Source: Gordius albopunctatus (lineage: Eukaryota). Taken from it: DNA of 64,000 bases. Of this stretch, positions 54,801 to 64,000 are shown in pieces. The DNA lies in contig OZ193909.1 in NCBI GenBank assembly GCA_964276515.1, positions 10,168,001 through 10,232,000 of the forward strand, given 5' to 3'. The position numbers were made by a program, and so were the translations under genes. The notes beneath the pieces are model-generated. The model ran no database searches. It saw nothing but the letters and a program-made list of their open reading frames with translations, and was not told where the DNA came from. The stretch's first letter is position 1, and every line of letters starts with the position of its first letter.

Positions 54801-57800
54801 CTATTAATCTCGATCGACTCCTTATAAGAAGTTTTAAGCTGCGAGAACTATCATTTTGAGGAAAGAAAACGTTATATTGTTGCGATTATCATCGCGACGA
54901 GAGTGCTGAATTTTTGAAACATGCTATATGCGATGATTATTTCAAAGTAATAGTTATCTAATTGTGATAAATTTTTACTTCTTATCATGAAAATCACGTC
55001 TGAAAATAACAACTTTCATCGGATGAATATGGTTTAATGGAAACAATTTTAAATATTTTTAGCTAAAAAAATATTTTTTGTTATTTTATGTAAAAGAGCT
55101 TGAAAAAATATATAAAAGTAAGCTAATTTGAGATTCCTATTAATCTCGATCGACTCCTTATAAGAAGTTTTAAGCTGCGAGAACTATCATTTTGAGGAAA
55201 GAAAACGTTATATTGTCGCGATTATCATCGCGACGAGAGTGCCGAATTTTTGAAACATGCTATATGCGATGATTATTTCAAAGTAATAGTTATCTAATTG
55301 TGATAAATTTTTACTTCTTATCATGAAAATCACGTCTGAAAATAACAACTTTCATCGGATGAATATGGTTTAATGGAAACAATTTTAAATATTTTTAGCT
55401 AAAAAAATATTTTTTTTGTTATTTTATGTAAAAGAGCTTGAAAAAATATATAAAAGTAAGCTAATTTGAGATGTCTATTAATCTCGATCGACTCCTTATA
55501 AGAAGTTTTAAGCTGCGAGAACTATCATTTTGTTGAGAGACAACGTTATATTGTTGCGATTAGTTTGTTTCATCGCGACGAGACTGCTGAATTTTTGAAA
55601 CATGCTATATGCGATGATTATCTCAAAGTAATAGTTATCTAATTGTGATAAATTTTTACTTCTTATCATGGAATACACGTCTGAAAATAACAACTTTCAT
55701 CGGATGAATATGGTTTAATGGAAACAATTTTAAATATTTTTAGCTAAAAAAATATTTTTTTTGTTATTTTATGTAAAAGAGCTTGAAAAAATATATAAAA
55801 GTAAGCTAATTTGAGATTCCTATTAATCTCGATCGACTCCTTATAAGAAGTTTTAAGCTGCGAGAACTATCATTTTGAGGAAAGACAACGTTATATTGTC
55901 GCGATTATCATCGCGACGAGAGTGCTGAATTTTTGAAACATGCTATATGCGATGATTATTTCAAAGTAATAGTTATCTAATTGTGATAAATTTTTACTTC
56001 TTATCATGAAAATCACGTCTGAAAATAACAACTTTCATCGGATGAATATGGTTTAATGGAAATAATTTTAAATATTTTGAGCTGAAAAATATAGTTTTTG
56101 TTATTTTGTGTAAAAGAGCTTGAAAAAATATATAAAAGTATGCTAATTTGAGATTCATATTAATCTCAATCGACTCCTTATAATAAGTTTTAAGCTGCGA
56201 GAACTATCATTTTGAGGAAAGACAACGTTATATTGTTGCGATTATCATCGCGACGAGAGTGCTGAATTTTTGAAACATACTATATGCGATGATTATTTCA
56301 AAGTAATAGTTATCTAATTGTGATAAATTTTTACTTCTTATCATGAAAATCACGTCTGAAAATAACAACTTTCATCGGATGAATATGGTTTAATGGAAAC
56401 AATTTTAAATATTTTTAGCTAAAAAAATATTTTTTTTGTTATTTTATGTAAAAGAGCTTGAAAAAATATATAAAAGTAAGCTAATTTGAGATGTCTATTA
56501 ATCTCGATCGACTCCTTATAAGAAGTTTTAAGCTGCGAGAACTATCATTTTGTTGAGAGACAACGTTATATTGTTGCGATTAGTTTGTTTCATCGCGACG
56601 AGACTGCTGAATTTTTGAAACATGCTATATGCGATGATTATCTCAAAGTAATAGTTATCTAATTGTGATAAATTTTTACTTCTTATCATGGAATACACGT
56701 GTGAAAATAACAACTTTCATCGGATGAATATGGTTTAATGGAAATAATTTTAAATATTTTGAGCTGAAAAATATATTTTTTGTTATTTTGTGTAAAAGAG
56801 CTTGAAAAAATATATAAAAGTATGCTAATTTGAGATTCATATTAATTTCGATCGACTCCTTATAAGAAGTTTTAAGCTGCGAGAACTATCATTTTGAGGA
56901 AAGACAACGTTATATTGTTGCGATTAGTTTGTTTCATCGCGACAAGAGTGCTGAATTTTTGAAACGTGTTATATGCGATGATTATTTCAAAGTAATAGTT
57001 ATCTAATTGTGATAAATTTTTACTTCTTATCATGAAAATCACGTCTGAAAATAACAACTTTCATCGGATGAATATGGTTTAATGGAAATAATTTTAAATA
57101 TTTTGAGCTGAAAAATATATTTTTTGTTATTTTATGTAAAAGAGCTTGAAAAAATATATAAAAGTAAGCTAATTTGAGATTCCTATTAATCTCGATCGAC
57201 TCCTTATAAGAAGTTTTAAGCTGCGAGAACTATCATTTTGAGGAAAGACAACGTTATATTGTTGCGATTAGTTTGTTTCATCCCGACGAGAGTGCTGAAT
57301 TTTTGAAACATGCTATATGCGATGATTATTTCAAAGTAATAGTTATCTAATTGTGATAAATTTTTACTTCTTATCATGAAAATCACGTCTGAAAATAACA
57401 ACTTTCATCGGATGAATATGGTTTAATGGAAATAATTTTAAATATTTTGAGCTGAAAAATATATTTTTTGTTATTTTGTGTAAAAGAGCTTGAAAAAATA
57501 TATAAAAGTATGCTAATTTGAGATTCATATTAATCTCAATCGACTCCTTATAATAAGTTTTAAGCTGCGAGAACTATCATTTTGAGGAAAGACAACGTTA
57601 TATTGTTGCGATTATCATCGCGACGAGAGTGCTGAATTTTTGAAACATACTATATGCGATGATTATTTCAAAGTAATAGTTATCTAATTGTGATAAATTT
57701 TTACTTCTTATCATGAAAATCACGTCTGAAAATAACAACTTTCATCGGATGAATATGGTTTAATGGAAACAATTTTAAATATTTTTAGCTAAAAAAATAT

Positions 57801-60800
57801 TTTTTTTGTTATTTTATGTAAAAGAGCTTGAAAAAATATATAAAAGTAAGCTAATTTGAGATTCCTATTAATCTCGATCGACTCCTTATAAGAAGTTTTA
57901 AGCTGCGAGAACTATCATTTTGTTGAGAGACAACGTTATATTGTTGCGATTAGTTTGTTTCATCGCGACGAGACTGCTGAATTTTTGAAACATGCTATAT
58001 GCGATGATTATCTCAAAGTAATAGTTATCTAATTGTGATAAATTTTTACTTCTTATCATGGAATACACGTCTGAAAATAACAACTTTCATCGGATGAATA
58101 TGGTTTAATGGAAACAATTTTAAATATTTTTAGCTAAAAAAATATTTTTTTTGTTATTTTATGTAAAAGAGCTTGAAAAAATATAAAAAAGTAAGCTAAT
58201 TTGAGATTCCTATTAATCTCGATCGACTCCTTATAAGAAGTTTTAAGCTGCGAGAACTATCATTTTGTTGAGAGACAACGTTATATTGCTGCGATTAGTT
58301 TGTTTCATCGCGACGAGACTGCTGAATTTTTGAAACATGCTATATGCGATGATTATTTCAAAGTAATAGTTATCTAATTGTGATAAATTTTTACTTCTTA
58401 TCATGAAAATCACGTCTGAAAATAACAACTTTCATCGGATGAATATGGTTTAATGGAAATAATTTTAAATATTTTGAGCTGAAAAATATATTTTTTGTTA
58501 TTTTATGTAAAAGAGCTTGAAAAAATATATAAAAGTAAGCTAATTTGAGATTCCTATTAATCTCGATCGACTCCTTATAAGAAGTTTTAAGCTGCGAGAA
58601 CTATCATTTTGAGGAAAGACAACGTTATATTGTTGCGATTAGTTTGTTTCATCGCGACGAGAGTGCTGAATTTTTGAAACATGCTATATGCGATGATTAT
58701 TTCAAAGTAATAGTTATCTAATTGTGATAAATTTTTACTTCTTATCATGAAAATCACGTCTGAAAATAACAACTTTCATCGGATGAATATGGTTTAATGG
58801 AAATAATTTTAAATATTTTGAGAGAAAAATATATTTTTTGTTATTTTGTGTAAAAGAGCTTGAAAAAATATATAAAAGTAAGCTAATTTGAGATTCCTAT
58901 TAATCTCGATCGACTCCTTATAAGAAGTTTTAAGCTGCGACAACTATCATTTTGAGGAAAGACGACGTTATATTGTTGCGATTAGTTTGTTTCATCGCGA
59001 CGAGAGTGCTGAATTTTTGAAACATGCTATATGCGATGATTATTTCAAAGTAATAGTTATCTAATTGTGATAAATTTTTACTTCTTATCATGAAAATCAC
59101 GTCTGAAAATAACAACTTTCATCGGATGAATATGGTTTAATGGAAATAATTTTAAATATTTTTAGCTAAAAATATATTTTTTGTTATTTTGTGTAAAAGA
59201 GCTTGAAAAAATATATAAAAGTAAGCTAATTTGAGATTCCTATTAATCTCGATCGACTCCTTATAAGAAGTTTTAAGCTGCGAGAACTATCATTTTGAGG
59301 AAAGACAACGTTATATTGTTGCGATTATCATCGCGACGATAGTGCTGAATTTTTGAAACATGCTATATGCGATGATTATTTCAAAGTAATAGTTATCTAA
59401 TTATGATAAATTTTTACTTCTTATCATGAAAATCACGTCTGAAAATAACAACTTTCATCGGATAAATATGGTTTAATGGAAATAATTTTAAATATTTTGA
59501 GCTGAAAAATATATTTTTTGTTATTTTGTGTAAAAGAGCTTGAAAAAATATATAAAAGTATGCTAATTTGAGATTCCTATTAATCTCGATCGACTCCTTA
59601 TAATAAGTTTTAAGCTGCGAGAACTATTATTTTGAGGAAAGACAACGTTATATTGTTGCAATTAGTTTGTTTCATCGCGACGAGAGTGCTGAATTTTTGA
59701 AACATGCTATATGCGATGATTATTTCAAAGTAATAGTTATCTAATTGTGATAAATTTTTACTTCTTATCATGAAAATCACGTCTGAAAATAACAACTTTC
59801 ATCGGATGAATATGGTTTAATGGAAACAATTTTAAATATCTTTAGCTAAAAAAATATTTTTTTTGTTATTTTATGTAAAAGAGCTTGAAAAAATATATAA
59901 AAGTAAGCTAATTTGAGATTCCTATTAATCTCGATCGACTCCTTATAAGAAGTTTTAAGCTGCGAGAACTATCATTTTGTTGAGAGACAACGTTATATTG
60001 TTGCGATTAGTTTGTTTCATCGCGACGAGACTGCTGAATTTTTGAAACATGCTATATGCGATGATTATTTCAAAGTAATAGTTATCTAATTGTGATAAAT
60101 TTTTACTTCTTATCATGGAATACACGTGTGAAAATAACAACTTTCATCGGATGAATATGGTTTAATGGAAATAATTTTAAATATTTTGAGCTGAAAAATA
60201 TATTTTTTGTTATTTTGTGTAAAAGAGCTTGAAAAAATATATAAAAGTATGCTAATTTGAGATTCATATTAATTTCGATCGACTCCTTATAAGAAGTTTT
60301 AAGCTGCGAGAACTATCATTTTGAGGAAAGACAACGTTATATTGTTGCGATTAGTTTGTTTCATCGCGACAAGAGTGCTGAATTTTTGAAACGTGTTATA
60401 TGCGATGATTATTTCAAAGTAATAGTTATCTAATTGTGATAAATTTTTACTTCTTATCATGAAAATCACGTCTGAAAATAACAACTTTCATCGGATGAAT
60501 ATGGTTTAATGGAAATAATTTTAAATATTTTGAGCTGAAAAATATATTTTTTGTTATTTTATGTAAAAGAGCTTGAAAAAATATATAAAAGTAAGCTAAT
60601 TTGAGATTCCTATTAATCTCGATCGACTCCTTATAAGAAGTTTTAAGCTGCGAGAACTATCATTTTGAGGAAAGACAACGTTATATTGTTGCGATTAGTT
60701 TGTTTCATCGCGACGAGAGTGCTGAATTTTTGAAACATGCTATATGCGATGATTATTTCAAAGTAATAGTTATCTAATTGTGATAAATTTTTACTTCTTA

Positions 60801-61676
60801 TCATGAAAATCACGTCTGAAAATAACAACTTTCATCGGATGAATATGGTTTAATGGAAATAATTTTAAATATTTTTAGCTAAAAATATATTTTTTGTTAT
60901 TTTGTGTAAAAGAGCTTGAAAAAATATATAAAAGTATGCTAATTTGAGATTCCTATTAATCTCGATCGACTCCTTATAATAAGTTTTAAGCTGCGAGAAC
61001 TATTATTTTGAGGAAAGACAACGTTATATTGTTGCAATTAGTTTGTTTCATCGCGACGAGAGTGCTGAATTTTTGAAACATGCTATATGCGATGATTATT
61101 TCAAAGTAATAGTTATCTAATTGTGATAAATTTTTACTTCTTATCATGAAAATCACGTCTGAAAATAACAACTTTCATCGGATGAATATGGTTTAATGGA
61201 AACAATTTTAAATATTTTTAGCTAAAAAAATATTTTTTTTGTTATTTTATGTAAAAGAGCTTGAAAAAATATAAAAAAAGTAAGCTAATTTGAGATTCCT
61301 ATTAATCTCGATCGACTCCTTATAAGAAGTTTTAAGCTGCGAGAACTATCATTTTGTTGAGAGACAACGTTATATTGTTGCGATTAGTTTGTTTCATCGC
61401 GACGAGACTGCTGAATTTTTGAAACATGCTATATGCGATGATTATTTCAAAGTAATAGTTATCTAATTGTGATAAATTTTTACTTCTTATCATGGAATAC
61501 ACGTCTGAAAATAACAACTTTCATCGGATCAATATGGTTTAATGGAAAAATTTTTAAATATTTTGAGCTAAAAAAATCTATTTTTTGTTATTTTATGTAA
61601 AAGAGCTTGAAAAAATATATAAAAGTAAGCTAATTTGAGAATCCTATTAATCTCGATCGACTCCTTATAAGAAGTT

Positions 61677-64000
61677 TTAAGCTGCGAGAACTATCATTTT
61701 GAGGAAAGACAACGTTATATTGTTGCGATTAGTTTGTTTCATCGCGACGAGACTGCTGAATTTTTGAAACATGCTATATGCGATGATTATTTCAAAGTAA
61801 TAGTTATCTAATTGTGATAAATTTTTACTTCTTATCATGGAATACACGTGTGAAAATAACAACTTTCATCGGATCAATATGTGTTAATGGAAATAATTTT
61901 TAATATTTAGAGCTGAAAAATATATTTTTTGTTATTTTATGTAAAGGAGCTTGAAAAAATATATAAAAGTAAGCTAATTTGAGATTCCTATTAATCTCGA
62001 TCGACTCCTTATAAGAAGTTTTAAGCTGCGAGAACTATCATTTTGAGGAAAGACAACGTTATATTGTTGCGATTATTTTGTTTCATCGCGACGAGAGTGC
62101 TGAATTTTTGAAACATGCTATATGCGATGATTATTTCAAAGTAATAGTTATCTAATTATGATAAATTTTTACTTCTTATCATGAAAATCACGTCTGAAAA
62201 TAACAAATTTCATCGGATGAATATGGTTTAATGGAAATAATTTTAAATATTTTGAGCTGAAAAATATATTTTTTGTTATTTTGTGTAAAAGAGCTTGAAA
62301 AAATATATAAAAGTATGCTAATTTGAGATTCCTATTAATCTCGATCGACTCCTTATAATAAGTTTTAAGCTGCGAGAACTATTATTTTGAGGAAAGACAA
62401 CGTTATATTGTTGCAATTAGTTTGTTTCATCGCGACGAGAGTGCTGAATTTTTGAAACATGCTATATGCGATGATTATTTCAAAGTAATAGTTATCTAAT
62501 TGTGATAAATTTTTACTTCTTATCATGAAAATCACGTCTGAAAATAACAACTTTCATCTGATGAATATGGTTTAATGGAAACAATTTTAAATATCTTTAG
62601 CTAAAAAAATATTTTTTTTGTTATTTTATGTAAAAGAGCTCGAAAAAATATATAAAAGTAAGCTAATTTGAGATTCCTATTAATCTCGATCGACTCCTTA
62701 TAAGAAGTTTTAAGCTGCGAGAACTATCATTTTGTTGAGAGACAACGTTATATTGTTGCGATTAGTTTGTTTCATCGCGACGAGACTGCTGAATTTTTGA
62801 AACATGCTATATGCGATGATTATTTCAAAGTAATAGTTATCTAATTGTGATAAATTTTTACTTCTTATCATGGAATACACGTGTGAAAATAACAACTTTC
62901 ATCGGATCAATATGTGTTAATGGAAATAATTTTTAATATTTAGAGCTGAAAAATATATTTTTTGTTATTTTATGTAAAGGAGCTTGAAAAAATATATAAA
63001 AGTAAGCTAATTTGAGATTCCTATTAATCTCGATCGACTCCTTATAAGAAGTTTTAAGCTGCGAGAACTATCATTTTGAGGAAAGACAACGTTATATTGT
63101 TGCGATTATTTTGTTTCATCGCGACGAGAGTGCTGAATTTTTGAAACATGCTATATGCGATGATTATTTCAAAGTAATAGTTATCTAATTATGATAAATT
63201 TTTACTTCTTATCATGAAAATCACGTCTGAAAATAACAAATTTCATCGGATGAATATGGTTTAATGGAAATAATTTTAAATATTTTGAGCTGAAAAATAT
63301 ATTTTTTGTTATTTTGTGTAAAAGAGCTTGAAAAAATATATAAAAGTATGCTAATTTGAGATTCCTATTAATCTCGATCGACTCCTTATAATAAGTTTTA
63401 AGCTGCGAGAACTATTATTTTGAGGAAAGACAACGTTATATTGTTGCAATTAGTTTGTTTCATCGCGACGAGAGTGCTGAATTTTTGAAACATGCTATAT
63501 GCGATGATTATTTCAAAGTAATAGTTATCTAATTGTGATAAATTTTTACTTCTTATCATGAAAATCACGTCTGAAAATAACAACTTTCATCTGATGAATA
63601 TGGTTTAATGGAAACAATTTTAAATATCTTTAGCTAAAAAAATATTTTTTTTGTTATTTTATGTAAAAGAGCTCGAAAAAATATATAAAAGTAAGCTAAT
63701 TTGAGATTCCTATTAATCTCGATCGACTCCTTATAAGAAGTTTTAAGCTGCGAGAACTATCATTTTGTTGAGAGACAACGTTATATTGTTGCGATTAGTT
63801 TGTTTCATCGCGACGAGACTGCTGAATTTTTGAAACATGCTATATGCGATGATTATTTCAAAGTAATAGTTATCTAATTGTGATAAATTTTTACTTCTTA
63901 TCATGGAATACACGTCTGAAAATAACAACTTTCATCGGATCAATATGTGTTAATGGAAATAATTTTTAATATTTTGAGCTTAAAAATATATTTTTTGTTA
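61677..64000. repeat. 1033-bp trimeric higher-order repeat of divergent long monomers
   Basis: ORF starts 61677/62710/63743 and 62365/63398 are spaced 1033 bp. The private alleles GGATCAATATGTGTT, AAAGGAGC, AACAAATTT, CATCTGATG and GAGCTCGAA repeat with the same period. Confidence 0.9.

Larger units (their letters stand above)
1..64000. repeat. AT-rich tandem satellite DNA array, ~336-346 bp monomer, ~188 copies, head-to-tail, extending beyond both window edges
   Basis: The landmark TTTTAAGCTGCGAGAACTAT recurs every 336-346 bp from ~234 to ~63741 with no intervening unique sequence and no orientation change. Monomers differ only at a small set of recurrent variant sites. Confidence 0.99.

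Noticed and set aside
62558..62582. CTGATGA...GAAA, resembling a hammerhead ribozyme core as known from some satellites
   Set aside because: CTGATGA occurs only in two variant monomers. No stem II can form between it and GAAA, and I could not build stems I and III.
911..63928. 58 near-identical 61-aa minus-strand ORFs (MLFSDV...IVLAA)
   Set aside because: They start at TTG and are open only in long monomers. About two thirds of monomers are frameshifted by the 7-bp indel, and others are broken by a 1-bp deletion (15221, 17934) or a stop (62158, 63191). Most variants are non-synonymous and there is no recognisable domain. They are best explained as a by-product of the repeat.
1..64000. CRISPR array or other repeat-spacer system
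   Set aside because: There are no unique spacers: the whole ~340-bp unit is repeated. No cas or other genes are present.
1..64000. Assignment to a named satellite family or species
   Set aside because: The length and AT content resemble several insect and other invertebrate satellites, but I do not recognise the sequence. A BLAST/Repbase/Dfam search is required.

Overview
The whole 64-kb window is one uninterrupted, single-orientation, AT-rich tandem satellite array. It holds about 188 head-to-tail monomers of about 336-346 bp (about 26% GC by hand count of one monomer). I found no supportable gene, RNA gene, transposon, CRISPR array or inversion. All 58 listed 61-aa ORFs are the same segment of the monomer and simply mark the 'long' variant, which carries a 7-bp indel (GCGATTAGTTTGTTTCATCGC vs GCGATTATCATCGC). 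The notable structure is internal to the array. (i) A few monomer haplotypes and their recombinants are arranged in local, changing higher-order duplications (3, 6, 7, 8, 10, 11, 13 and 18 monomers) plus block copies 26-37 kb apart. (ii) A more divergent, long-monomer-rich domain begins after about 56.5 kb and ends in a 1033-bp trimer. (iii) The monomer is packed with dyad symmetries, and several common variants preserve or improve their pairing, while the main indel falls in a hairpin loop. (iv) CpG is in excess rather than depleted. The best interpretation is eukaryotic (peri)centromeric or heterochromatic satellite DNA. I cannot name the family or species from the sequence alone.
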